DNA of 64,000 nt from positions 51,263 to 115,262 of the forward strand of contig CAVUAO010000002.1 in assembly GCA_963739515.1 (NCBI GenBank), read 5' to 3'. Below, one piece after another: positions 1 through 10,717 of this stretch. The notes below the pieces were generated by a model. That model was not told the origin of the DNA, searched no databases, and worked only from the letters and a program-made list of their open reading frames with translations. Both the position numbers and the translations under genes were made by a program. The stretch comes from an uncultured Chloroflexia bacterium (GTDB taxonomy: Bacteria; Chloroflexota; Dehalococcoidia; Dehalococcoidales; RBG-16-60-22). Positions within the stretch are counted from its first letter, which is position 1. The number at the start of each line of letters is the position of its first letter.

Positions 1-1904
<1,904 letters not shown>

Positions 1905-2393
1905 TTATTCCTCGTCTTTAATTAGTGCTATCGCTTTATTTACCGCTTCTTGAGGATTTTTAGCGATGATAATTTTATCTTCCGCTTTTCCGCCCATCGC
2001 CAGCGACCACGTCTCCAGGCCGATGACCGGTATCCCGCTTTGCAGCGCATGGCCGATTTCCGCCAGCGTGCCGTAGCTGCCGTCGATGGCGATTATCGCC
2101 TGGGCGGTCCTCACCACGATGACGTTTCTGGCGTAGCCCAGGCCGGTGACGATGGGTATTTTAACGTACGGGTTGGCGCTTTCCCGGTTGTCCCCCGGCA
2201 ATATGCCTATCGTTAAGCCGCCCTCATCGCTGGCTCCCTTGCAGGCGGCTTCCATCACTCCACCCAGGCCGCCGCACACTAGCACCGCTCTCTGCCGGGC
2301 AATCTCCCGGCCCACTTCTTCGGCCAGTTTCGTTACCGGCGGGGATACCTCGCTCCCCCCGATTACCCCGATAAAGATATATTTATCTTTCAT
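1905..2393 (-). CDS. TIGR00725 / LOG-like Rossmann-fold nucleotide-binding protein
   Basis: CGGLGGVMEAACKG, ARN and GSYGTLAE motifs. Confidence 0.9.
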   Translation of the reverse strand: MKDKYIFIGVIGGSEVSPPVTKLAEEVGREIARQRAVLVCGGLGGVMEAACKGASDEGGLTIGILPGDNRESANPYVKIPIVTGLGYARNVIVVRTAQAIIAIDGSYGTLAEIGHALQSGIPVIGLETWSLAMGGKAEDKIIIAKNPQEAVNKAIALIKDEE

Positions 2394-2402
2394 GGCTATT
2401 AT

Positions 2403-2981
2403 TTAGTTATATTTGTTCATGGCGGCGGCCAGGCCCTCGGCCAGCAGGGAGACAATAGCATCGCTGACTTTAGGGATGACCGTATCGATGATTTTTTTCT
2501 CTTCGCTGGTGAAATCCCTCAGGACGTAGTCGATGACGGCGCTTTCTTTATCGACCGCTTTTTCATCGTTTTCCGGTCGTCCGATGCCCACCCGGACGCG
2601 GTAGAAGTCCCGCGTGCCGATGCGCGCAATGATGGAGTCGATTCCTTTGTGGCCGCCGGAGCTCCCGCCCCGGCGCAGGCGGATTTTGCCAGCCGGCAGG
2701 TCGAGGTCGTCATGGATAACGATAAGGTCGGCCGGGGCGACGTTAAGTTTTTTCATGAGCGCGCTCACCGATTCGCCGCTGGCGTTCATGTAGGTCTGCG
2801 GCCGCGCCAGCACTACCAGGTGTCCGGCGATATTGCCGATGCCGGTTCGCGCCTGCCCCTGCTTCCTGTCAAAGGCGATTTTTTGCGTCTTGGCCAGGTG
2901 GCTGACGCACATAAATCCCACGTTGTGCCGGTTGCGGGCGTATAAAAACCCCGGATTTCCCAGCCCCACTATCAGCTTCAT
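2403..2981 (-). CDS. pth: Peptidyl-tRNA hydrolase
   Basis: LIVGLGNPG, RHNVGF, HDDLDL, GGHKG. Confidence 0.98.
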   Translation of the reverse strand: MKLIVGLGNPGFLYARNRHNVGFMCVSHLAKTQKIAFDRKQGQARTGIGNIAGHLVVLARPQTYMNASGESVSALMKKLNVAPADLIVIHDDLDLPAGKIRLRRGGSSGGHKGIDSIIARIGTRDFYRVRVGIGRPENDEKAVDKESAVIDYVLRDFTSEEKKIIDTVIPKVSDAIVSLLAEGLAAAMNKYN

Positions 2982-5026
2982 GCTTTTGCCTTCTTGAGTA
3001 GCGCCAGGAACTCTTTTTCGTTAATTGTTTTAATCCCCAGCTCGTTCGCCCGTGCCAGCTTTGAGCCGGGCTCTTCACCCACGACCACATAGGCGGTCTT
3101 GCGGGTTACGTTGTCTTTAGCCGCCCCGCCCAGCTCCCTTAGCCGCGCCTCCGCTTCCTGCCGGGTTAATCCCTGCAGAGTTCCCGTCAGGACGAACTCC
3201 TGGCCGGACAGCGGCAGGTTTTTCTTTACGGCAGCTTTTTCTTCCAGCTTAACGCCGGACTTATTGAGCCTGCGGATAATGTCCAGGTTCTCTTTCTGAC
3301 CGAAAAACGCGGTGATACTCTCGGCAATTTTGGGGCCTACGGCGCTGATTTTCCTGAGGTCGTCCTGGGAAGCCGCCGCCAGCCTGTCGATGCTTTGGAA
3401 ATTGTCGGCGAGGACTCCCGCCATTTCCTCCCCGATGTGCCGAATGCCCAGCGCGTAGATCACCCTCGCCAGCGGGCGCTCTTTGCTGGCGTTGATCGCG
3501 TTGATAATGTTCGTGGCGCTTTTTTCGCCCATTTTTTCCAGTTCCGCAAGCTGTTCTTTTTTGAGGTTGTAAAGGTCGGCGATGTCTTTAACGAGCCCCT
3601 GGTTATAAAGCGTCGCGCTGATATTTTCGCCGATGCCCCGGATGTCCATCGCCCCCTTTGAGGCGAAGTGCTCGATGCGCTGCTGGGCCTGGGCGGGGCA
3701 GGCGGCATTTTCGCAGTAGTACATGACCTCGCCCTCCGGCCTGACGACACTGGGTTGCTGACATGCCGGGCAAACGGGCTGTCCCTTTTCGTTTTTGGGC
3801 AGCTTGTCCAGGAGCCTGAACTCTTTTTCTTTGCCCGTGCGTTTGCCGGCAATCGGCCCGAGTATTTCCGGGATGACTTCACCCGCCCTCTGGATGATGA
3901 CCGTATCGCCCTCGCGGATGTCTTTGCGCCGGATGTCGTCTTCGTTGTGCAGGGCGGCGCTTTTTATCGTGACGCCCCCCACCGCCACCGGCTCCAGGAC
4001 GGCGTAGGGATTGAGGGTGCCCGTCCTGCCCACGCTGATTTCGATGCTCTTTAGCCTGGTAGTGCCCTGGACGGCGGGGAACTTGTAGGCTATCGCCCAC
4101 CTTGGTTCGTGGCCGATGTCGCCGAGCTCTTCGTGCAGGTTGAGCTGGTTTATCTTGACCACGATGCCGTCGGCTTCATAGGTAAGCCCTTCGCGCTGCT
4201 GCTCCCAGGTGCGGTAATATTCCTCGACCTCGCTGATATCTTTCAGCAGGCGGTTATTAGGATTTATCTTGAAACCCAGCGATTTCAACCACGTCATCGC
4301 TTCCCAATGGGTCGGCGGTGTTGCTTTACCCTCGGCATAGCCCAGCACGTAGATATAGATATCCAGCGGGCGTTTGGCGGTGATGCGTGAATCGAGCTGG
4401 CGTACCGAGCCCGCTGCGGCGTTGCGCGGGTTGGCGAAGAGGGGCAGTCCCTCTTTAGCCCGCTCCTGATTCAGCTTGTGAAAGCCGGTCTTGGGCAGGT
4501 AGACTTCCCCCCGCACCTCGAAACGTTGCGGCGCGTCTTTAGGCACGGAGAGGGGGATGCTCCGTATCGTCCGGAGATTTTGCGTGATGTTCTCCCCCCG
4601 GTAGCCGTCGCCGCGGGTGGCGCCGGTGACGAACTGCCTGTCGACGTACGTTAACGCCACGGCCAGCCCGTCTATCTTATGCTCACCGACGAAGTCGAAA
4701 GGCGTGTCACCGGTAAGTCGCGCTGTCCGGTTGTACCAGGTAATCAACTCGTCGTCGGTAAAGACGTTGCCCAGCGATAGCAGAGGCAGGGGGTGGTTTA
4801 CCACCCCGAAGGCTTCGATGGGCGCCGCCCCGACGCGCTGGGTGGGGGAGTCCGGCGTAAGGTATTGGGGATTTTCCTCTTCCAGCCGCTTGAGCTCCCG
4901 TATCAGCCCGTCATATTCGGCGTCGCTGATTTCCGGGCTGTCCTGAACGTAATAGAGGTAATTGTGGCGGTTGATTTCCGCCTTCAGCTTTTCAATTCGC
5001 GACTTAATTTCGTCTTTACCGGCCAA
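2978..5026 (-). CDS. ligA: NAD-dependent DNA ligase
   Basis: KIDG adenylation motif, OB fold, Cys4 zinc finger, HhH and BRCT domains; TTG start. Confidence 0.99.
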   Translation of the reverse strand: MAGKDEIKSRIEKLKAEINRHNYLYYVQDSPEISDAEYDGLIRELKRLEEENPQYLTPDSPTQRVGAAPIEAFGVVNHPLPLLSLGNVFTDDELITWYNRTARLTGDTPFDFVGEHKIDGLAVALTYVDRQFVTGATRGDGYRGENITQNLRTIRSIPLSVPKDAPQRFEVRGEVYLPKTGFHKLNQERAKEGLPLFANPRNAAAGSVRQLDSRITAKRPLDIYIYVLGYAEGKATPPTHWEAMTWLKSLGFKINPNNRLLKDISEVEEYYRTWEQQREGLTYEADGIVVKINQLNLHEELGDIGHEPRWAIAYKFPAVQGTTRLKSIEISVGRTGTLNPYAVLEPVAVGGVTIKSAALHNEDDIRRKDIREGDTVIIQRAGEVIPEILGPIAGKRTGKEKEFRLLDKLPKNEKGQPVCPACQQPSVVRPEGEVMYYCENAACPAQAQQRIEHFASKGAMDIRGIGENISATLYNQGLVKDIADLYNLKKEQLAELEKMGEKSATNIINAINASKERPLARVIYALGIRHIGEEMAGVLADNFQSIDRLAAASQDDLRKISAVGPKIAESITAFFGQKENLDIIRRLNKSGVKLEEKAAVKKNLPLSGQEFVLTGTLQGLTRQEAEARLRELGGAAKDNVTRKTAYVVVGEEPGSKLARANELGIKTINEKEFLALLKKAKA

Positions 5027-5103
5027 ATGAGTTCACCCTTATCTAAATTCTTTCCTAAAGTATAGCACAGGGTAGGAAAGCGTACTACGATTGTAAGTGC
5101 TTG

Positions 5104-5300
5104 CCTCACCCCTGCCCCTCTCCAGCCTAATACATCGTTTTGGCTCGGGGTTGATTTTGGCTGGAGAGGGGGAATAAAAAAACAGGGGTTTCACCCCTCT
5201 AAAAAAAACAGGGCGTTTCAGAGGGGCGTCAGCCCCTCTTCCGATTACTCCCCCTTCCCTCTATCTATACCTGAGGGAAGGGGGACACAGGGGGTTAGGT
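5104..5300. repeat. Multi-hairpin intergenic repeat, copy A
   Basis: CCCCTCTCCAGCC-31 nt-GGCTGGAGAGGGG plus further hairpins; ends CCTCACCCC ... GGGGTTAGG. Confidence 0.85.
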
Positions 5301-5308
5301 TCAAATCT

Positions 5309-5563
5309 CTATTCCGCCCTTCTCAGCTCGAATATCACCGGATTGTCCGGGTCGGAGCAAGCTACGCGGGCTTTATCCGGGCCGCTTTCCCAGGGGAAAG
5401 CCCCGCCGAATTCCAGCGCCTCGGCGTAAGGAAACACCGCGGTAAATGCCCAGGAGCACATGCCCTCTGGCGTCGTCTGGCCGATGACGAACTCATCACC
5501 GACCTTGTGGCCGGCCTGGCAGGTTCCTTTTTGCGATACTACTTTAGCGATAATCTTCGTCAT
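5309..5563 (-). CDS. TIGR04076 family small protein
   Basis: C-x-AGHKVGD, GMCxWA and CSDP pattern; 84 aa. Confidence 0.85.
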   Translation of the reverse strand: MTKIIAKVVSQKGTCQAGHKVGDEFVIGQTTPEGMCSWAFTAVFPYAEALEFGGAFPWESGPDKARVACSDPDNPVIFELRRAE

Positions 5564-6252
5564 GTTTTCCGTCCCGCCGGTTTTTTGTCTTTTAATTTTG
5601 TCTCCAGTATTTCCAGGAAATGGTGGTCGCCCCGCGTGACCTTCTCGCTTCGGGTGATTTCCAGCCGTTTTTTAAATAGCGGCCCGTCGACCACTAAGGT
5701 ATGGTATTCCCCGGCTTCCCCGCAGGGGGTAATGCCTTTGTTCAGCCCCTCCAGGTAGGTCAAGAATTTCTTGTCGATGACCCTGCCCAGTACGTCTTTT
5801 CCCAGGAGGTCGGTTTTCACGGCGACGACTATCGACTTAAATCCGGCGGCGATAAACTCTTCCATGAGCTTTGTCTGGTCGTTAAGCCACAGCGGTAGAT
5901 ATGCCGTGATGCCCGCTTTTCGGCAGACCCTTTCAATCCACTCACGGTGGGCATTGAAATCGATATCCCCGAATACCCCGCCTTCGATTCCCTCCCGTTT
6001 GAAGCCCACGATATTCTTGACGAATACCGCCTCATAGGTATCGGTGGTCGTGGGCCGCTGCACGATGGGAATCCCCAGGGCTTCGGCCTGCTTTTTGATG
6101 ACCGCCGCCAGGATGCCGTGACTGCACGAACGCTGGCCGTCCTCGGTGACCATATTGGCCAGGTAGCGGACATCCATCCCGCTTTGCATTGCCCGGTAAA
6201 CGGCGAGACAGCCGTCTTTGCCCCCGCTCCACGACGCAAAAACTTTCGGCAT
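5560..6252 (-). CDS. DUF71/Dph6-like PP-loop ATP pyrophosphatase (diphthine-ammonia ligase family)
   Basis: SWSGGKD PP-loop, FGDI, PCGEAGEYHT. Confidence 0.92.
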   Translation of the reverse strand: MPKVFASWSGGKDGCLAVYRAMQSGMDVRYLANMVTEDGQRSCSHGILAAVIKKQAEALGIPIVQRPTTTDTYEAVFVKNIVGFKREGIEGGVFGDIDFNAHREWIERVCRKAGITAYLPLWLNDQTKLMEEFIAAGFKSIVVAVKTDLLGKDVLGRVIDKKFLTYLEGLNKGITPCGEAGEYHTLVVDGPLFKKRLEITRSEKVTRGDHHFLEILETKLKDKKPAGRKT

Positions 6253-6260
6253 AGACTCCT

Positions 6261-6860
6261 TTATTTAAGATGAGAGACATCGTTCAGCAGGCTCAAAATA
6301 GCCATGCCCGGATAGGTCTCCACTATGCTCAATGACGCGTGGTCTACCCGCATTTGTATCCAGTGCTCCAGCCCCAGTCCCAGTAGATTGCAGATTATCA
6401 GCCGCACCGGGCCTCCGTGCGCCACGATTAGCACCGTCTGCTCCGGTTGGCGTTTTACCAGTCGCTTTAAAAAGGCCATGACACGTTCGTTAAGTTCTTC
6501 GAGCGTTTCCCCGCCGGGGAACGCCCCCGTTTTCCGTTCGATAAGTTCCTCGGCCAGCGCCGGATAGTGCTGTTTTATCTCCTCGAAGGTCATCCCTTCG
6601 ACGGCGCCGAAATTGCATTCGCACAGCTCAGCGCAGGCGATGACCGCCACCTTATGCCCGGCGGCGACGATTTCGGCGGTGGCGCGGGCGCGACTCAGCG
6701 TGCTGGTGTAGACAGCGTCGATCTTTTCCGGGGCCAGACGCTGCCGCAGTTGTTCCGCCTGTTTTTTGCCGTCATCGTTCAAGGGGATGTCGGTTCTTCC
6801 CAGGAAACGTTCCTCTTTCAGGCCGACGAAGCCGTGTCTTACTAATAGTATCTTGGACAA
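6261..6860 (-). CDS. Histidine phosphatase family protein (CobC alpha-ribazole phosphatase-like)
   Basis: LVRHG, RAxxTA, E-x-NFG and VAHGG motifs. Confidence 0.88.
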   Translation of the reverse strand: MSKILLVRHGFVGLKEERFLGRTDIPLNDDGKKQAEQLRQRLAPEKIDAVYTSTLSRARATAEIVAAGHKVAVIACAELCECNFGAVEGMTFEEIKQHYPALAEELIERKTGAFPGGETLEELNERVMAFLKRLVKRQPEQTVLIVAHGGPVRLIICNLLGLGLEHWIQMRVDHASLSIVETYPGMAILSLLNDVSHLK

Positions 6861-6861
6861 A

Positions 6862-8010
6862 CTATTCCTCTTCGTCGGAATGTCTTTTTACCCATAGCTG
6901 AGGGTAGCTGGTCGTAATGCGCCTCAGTCCTTCGAGTTTATCTTTAATTTCCCGGGGGACTGTTGCGTCGGAGAGGATTAGTTTGACCAGCGCGGGGTCG
7001 AATCCGAGCACCTTTGCCCAGAGTCCCTCCGGCTCCAGCAGGGCTTTAACTTCTTCCTCGCTGAACCCCGTCCTTTCCGTGACTTTATAGGTTACTTCGC
7101 AGGTGTTGGCGAAGACCCGGTTCAGGCCTTCCTTCTGGCAGTACTGGATAATCGTCTCCCTGGCTTCATCAAGTTGCGTCTGTAGTTCCTTTATCTGTGC
7201 CTGGAGGGCGGCGTAGCGCTCGGCCGCGTCTAGCGCGGTGATACCCGGCAGAATTTCTTGTCTTGCCGCCTCTGGCGCGGTGGTCAGATACTGGTGGCGA
7301 TAGTACGGGCAGTGCTCGGAGAAATCGCAGGGGCAGAATTGGCCCTCCACTGCCGGGAAATTGCCCCTGGATATATTTTCGGCCACCTCCAGGATGAGTC
7401 GTCGCGTCTCATCTAGCTGTGTTCGGGCTCGCGGCGGGCACTGGCAGGGGGTGTTCGACCTCAGGTGATAGAGGGTCAGCTTTTCCACGGGGAGGTTCCA
7501 GGTCTGCTCAGCCGCCATCTGGTATATCGTCAGCTGGAGGTCTTCCGCCAGGTAATCGGCGGTAAAAAGGTCCTTATTCGTCTTGTAGTCGATGACTGAT
7601 AGGCCGCCGCTGTCCAGTTTGTCCACCCTGTCGATAAAGCCCCTGAGCTTGATGCCCTCGATGTCGATGGTGAAACCGCGCTCCAGGGCTATCGGCAGGC
7701 GGAAATCGGCGTTATGGATTTCCCAGAACCGCGTCAGGATATCCCTGCCGTATTTCTTGTACCTGGCTTCTTCCTCGGCTGATTCGTAACCCTGCGAAAC
7801 CCAGTTCTGCCCGTAATAGTTGAGCAGCTCGGCGAGCGATGGCGGCGGTGGCGTATTGACCCGGAAAAAGCGCTCGACGCAGTCGTGCATGGTGGTGCCG
7901 AAGCTGAAATACGACTTTTCTTTCGCTTTTAGGCCGTCGATGTACTGTAATTTGTAGGACAGGGGGCAGGAACGGTATAAAGAAATCTGGCTGAAACTCA
8001 GAGGTTTAAT
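6862..8010 (-). CDS. PD-(D/E)XK RecB/Cas4-like nuclease with putative Fe-S cysteines and C-terminal coiled coil
   Basis: LSFSQIS..CP, GFIDRVD, IDYKT, QLxIY and CPCDFSEHCP motifs. Best RBS (AAGGGAGG) precedes an in-frame ATT at 8010; the ORF track starts at 8073. Confidence 0.85.
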   Translation of the reverse strand: MKPLSFSQISLYRSCPLSYKLQYIDGLKAKEKSYFSFGTTMHDCVERFFRVNTPPPPSLAELLNYYGQNWVSQGYESAEEEARYKKYGRDILTRFWEIHNADFRLPIALERGFTIDIEGIKLRGFIDRVDKLDSGGLSVIDYKTNKDLFTADYLAEDLQLTIYQMAAEQTWNLPVEKLTLYHLRSNTPCQCPPRARTQLDETRRLILEVAENISRGNFPAVEGQFCPCDFSEHCPYYRHQYLTTAPEAARQEILPGITALDAAERYAALQAQIKELQTQLDEARETIIQYCQKEGLNRVFANTCEVTYKVTERTGFSEEEVKALLEPEGLWAKVLGFDPALVKLILSDATVPREIKDKLEGLRRITTSYPQLWVKRHSDEEE

Positions 8011-8088
8011 GGTTACCCTCCCTTGATTGATGCGCGCAGGCTGACTGATGGCGGGATAAGGGCACCAGGGCATTTACGAATTCCGGGT

Positions 8089-8376
8089 TCACTTTTTCAG
8101 CGTATTGATAAAATTATCTAATGTCAAGGCGGCGAGAGTATTGGTCTGCAGTGTGCCGCGGGAGCCCAGCTCCGTCGCTACCTTAGCTATCGTTTCGTTG
8201 TTCGGCGCTTCCAGGATGTTGATGAAGTCGTACTGCCCCAGGGTAACGTACTGGGCCAGTATTTTTACGCCCATAGCCTCGACTTCTTTATTGACTTCTT
8301 TAATCCTCTGTGGGTTTGCCTTTACCGTTTTCCTGCCTTCCTCGGTGAGGTTGGTCAGCATAATGTAAAGCGACAT
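8089..8376 (-). CDS. GYD domain protein
   Basis: TLGQYD motif, 95 aa, RBS GGAGG. Confidence 0.9.
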   Translation of the reverse strand: MSLYIMLTNLTEEGRKTVKANPQRIKEVNKEVEAMGVKILAQYVTLGQYDFINILEAPNNETIAKVATELGSRGTLQTNTLAALTLDNFINTLKK

Positions 8377-8594
8377 AATTCCCTCCTACCCAAAAGATTT
8401 TGCCCCTGGCCTCTGGTGCCCTCCGGAATATATATCTGGATTATATGACGTAAGCCTGATTTTGTCTAGAGGTAGCCTTACTTAGGCTCCGGCATCGGAG
8501 TTAATTTCATTACGAAAGGTGATATAATTAAGAATGTAAAGGTGGTGGCTTTTACCGATGTGATATTATCGGGTAAGCCGCAAAGGGGACAGTT

Positions 8595-8912
8595 ATGGAT
8601 GATATTCTGAACGAAGCCTACGGGATAGTCCAGTGCAAGGAATGTCCCTGGTATAAAGCCTGCGTCATACCCATGAAGTTTACCGCCGAGGATATCCGCC
8701 GCCAGATAGAGCAGGGGGCGCCGGGCGTCAGTGCTCCCCAGCAGATTGATAGCGGCATGCAGAACCTCCTATCGAGCATGGCGACCGCGGCGCAGAACTC
8801 GCTGCTGGAGGGTTGCCCCATTTTTATCCAGCGCCTGCGCACCAGTCCCAGGCTCGCCCAGCGCTTGAAGGAGTTCATGCAGGACTTTGGCTCCGAGGAA
8901 AGTCCCAAGTAA
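8595..8912 (+). CDS. Hypothetical Cys-containing protein (CKECPWYKAC ... GCP)
   Basis: ATG with RBS AAGGGG; 105 aa; converges on the next gene. Confidence 0.75.
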   Translation: MDDILNEAYGIVQCKECPWYKACVIPMKFTAEDIRRQIEQGAPGVSAPQQIDSGMQNLLSSMATAAQNSLLEGCPIFIQRLRTSPRLAQRLKEFMQDFGSEESPK

Positions 8913-8917
8913 CGTTT

Positions 8918-9679
8918 CTACAGTTTAAGGGCTTTTCTTTCTTGGGCGGTTAGACGCTGTTTATAGTCGGCCAGTTTCTTTTTGCTTTTGCCGGTGGCCG
9001 TTACCCTGTCGTCTTTGACCTCGACGTAGCCCATCAGTTCCAGTTCCCCGACCAGTGACGCAATGATGTTCTGGCCCAGTACCGGATAAATTTTATTAAT
9101 TTCATCCTGGGAAAATTCGTTTAATATTTTCTTCATGGCGATGCCCGGTTTTTCCCGGACCTTGTTCAGTATGGACATCGCCCGGCGGTAGTAGGGGAGG
9201 CTATCGCCCCGGTCGGCCAGGTCGAAGGCCTCCACTTTAAACCGGACCAGGGTATGTTTATCGCCGCAGACCAGCGATAGCTCTCTTTTCTCGGTGCCCT
9301 TCCCGATGACGTATTTTCCGCCCGGGGGATTATCGAATAGTGTCTCGTCGGGGATGAATTTATAGCCCTCCTCCGGTCTTTCCGGAGTTGGTCGGAATCC
9401 CACCCCGTCGTATTTTTTATAGGCTGGGTCGGCCACGCTTAAGGGTGAATGCCAGAAGGGGAAATAGCTCCCGGGGTCTTCCCCTTCTCGGTGCCGCCCG
9501 CCGGACGCCAGCAGGTCTTTGAAGGCTTTGCCGAGGACCGGCGCCATCGATGGGCATACCCGGCCGGTGATGGTCTCGCCGTCGTAGGTTATTTCCTCGC
9601 CGATTTTATAGCGGAAATGGCAGGGGTATTTCTTTTCGTCCCGCTCAAACCCCATCACCGTGGCTTTGACTTTGAACAT
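8918..9679 (-). CDS. Hypothetical protein: TIGR04076-like N-terminus plus possible C-terminal winged helix
   Basis: N-terminal PCHFRYKIGEE...RVCP resembles 5309..5563; RBS AAGGAG. Confidence 0.75.
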   Translation of the reverse strand: MFKVKATVMGFERDEKKYPCHFRYKIGEEITYDGETITGRVCPSMAPVLGKAFKDLLASGGRHREGEDPGSYFPFWHSPLSVADPAYKKYDGVGFRPTPERPEEGYKFIPDETLFDNPPGGKYVIGKGTEKRELSLVCGDKHTLVRFKVEAFDLADRGDSLPYYRRAMSILNKVREKPGIAMKKILNEFSQDEINKIYPVLGQNIIASLVGELELMGYVEVKDDRVTATGKSKKKLADYKQRLTAQERKALKL

Positions 9680-9707
9680 TTAGCTCCTTCAGTTGTTGCC
9701 GCCTGCT

Positions 9708-10361
9708 TTAAGCCAGCGCGTCCTTCGCCAGCTGATTGAGCCGCCGGTAGCTGGCGGCCGGGTCCGGCTGTAAAAAGATGGCGCTGCCGACGTATATCAC
9801 ATCGACGCCCGTCCTGGCGATTTGCGCGATGTTGTTTTCTTTAATGCCCCCGTCAATGCCTGTCGCTATTTTCGGATAGGCTTTACGGAACTCGACTATT
9901 TTCTCCAGGACCTCAGGGATGAACTGGGCGCCGTAAAAGCCGGGATTGACCGAGAGGAAGAGCACGTTGTCCAGCTTGGCGACGAGTTTTTTAATTGCCC
10001 TTATGGGTGTTTCCGGGTTAACGGCCAGGCCGGCCTTCATGTTGAGCTTTTTAATATTAAGGATAATTTTCTCCGGCATGTCGGTAGCTTCGTAGTGGAA
10101 GACGATTCCCCGCGCCCCCGCCCCCCGGAAATCTTCCAGGCAGTCCTCCGGGTGCATCACCATGAGATGCGCCTCCCACTTTAGCCTGGTTTTCAGTCCG
10201 GCGATATCCCCGCAGGTTACGCTCCGCGATGGCACGAATTTCCCATCCATGATATCCAGCTGGACGTAGTCGGTAAAGGTTTCGGCTTGTTTTACCAGTT
10301 TTTCCAGCACCCTGGGGTCATCGGTAAGAATCGCCGGTACTACGCGGACGCTCTGGCTCAT
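9708..10361 (-). CDS. rpe: Ribulose-phosphate 3-epimerase
   Basis: LDIMDGKFV, AHLMV, SVNPGFYG, IDGGI, VGSAIF. Confidence 0.95.
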   Translation of the reverse strand: MSQSVRVVPAILTDDPRVLEKLVKQAETFTDYVQLDIMDGKFVPSRSVTCGDIAGLKTRLKWEAHLMVMHPEDCLEDFRGAGARGIVFHYEATDMPEKIILNIKKLNMKAGLAVNPETPIRAIKKLVAKLDNVLFLSVNPGFYGAQFIPEVLEKIVEFRKAYPKIATGIDGGIKENNIAQIARTGVDVIYVGSAIFLQPDPAASYRRLNQLAKDALA

Positions 10362-10415
10362 GCCGCCTCCTTGAACTCTGCCGTAGATATTGAAATCAAG
10401 GTCGCCGTCGCCGAT

Positions 10416-10445
10416 ATTTTAAGTTTGCGCCCGTCGGGCTGTCAA
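10416..10445 (-). promoter_or_regulatory. Sigma70-type promoter for rpe
   Basis: TTGACA-18 nt-TAAAAT on the minus strand, immediately after the upstream terminator. Confidence 0.6.
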
Positions 10446-10448
10446 GCC

Positions 10449-10486
10449 AAAAAAAGTGGAGGCCGCTTTTTCTCGCGACCTCCACT
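10449..10486 (-). terminator. Rho-independent terminator of the putative ncRNA
   Basis: GTGGAGGTCGC-GAGAAAAA-GCGGCCTCCAC followed by TTTTTTT. Confidence 0.85.
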
Positions 10487-10711
10487 CACAAGACTGACGG
10501 GATACGAACCCAACTCACTTTCGGTGATCACTACCGTTCCGGGCATCCTTCCTTTGGAAGGACCGACTTCCGGATTTTATCTACGAGCCGGGTCCGCTTT
10601 CTGCTCGCCCCACTCAAGGCAGGGCGTCACAAATCCACCTGCCATACTCCGAACAACTCGTGAAGCTTCATTGGACACCTCCCGAAGCATATTCAGGTGT
10701 GTTAAGAGCTT
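10449..10711 (-). ncRNA. Putative stand-alone structured ncRNA (~260 nt), family not identified
   Basis: Bounded by a promoter and a terminator. A long-range closing stem (TTCACGAGTTG / CAGTCTTGTGAG) encloses hairpins GGCAGG/CCTGCC, CGAGC/GCTCG, TCCTTCC-AAA-GGAAGGA and TCAC-CGAAA-GTGA. Confidence 0.7.
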
Positions 10712-10717
10712 CGTTTG

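Noticed and set aside
6862-8010. Nuclease as part of a CRISPR-Cas or AddAB system
   Set aside because: No other cas gene, array or UvrD-type helicase is adjacent.
10449-10711. Riboswitch or T-box leader controlling rpe
   Set aside because: It has no aptamer or T-box consensus that I recognise, and rpe has a separate promoter downstream of the terminator.
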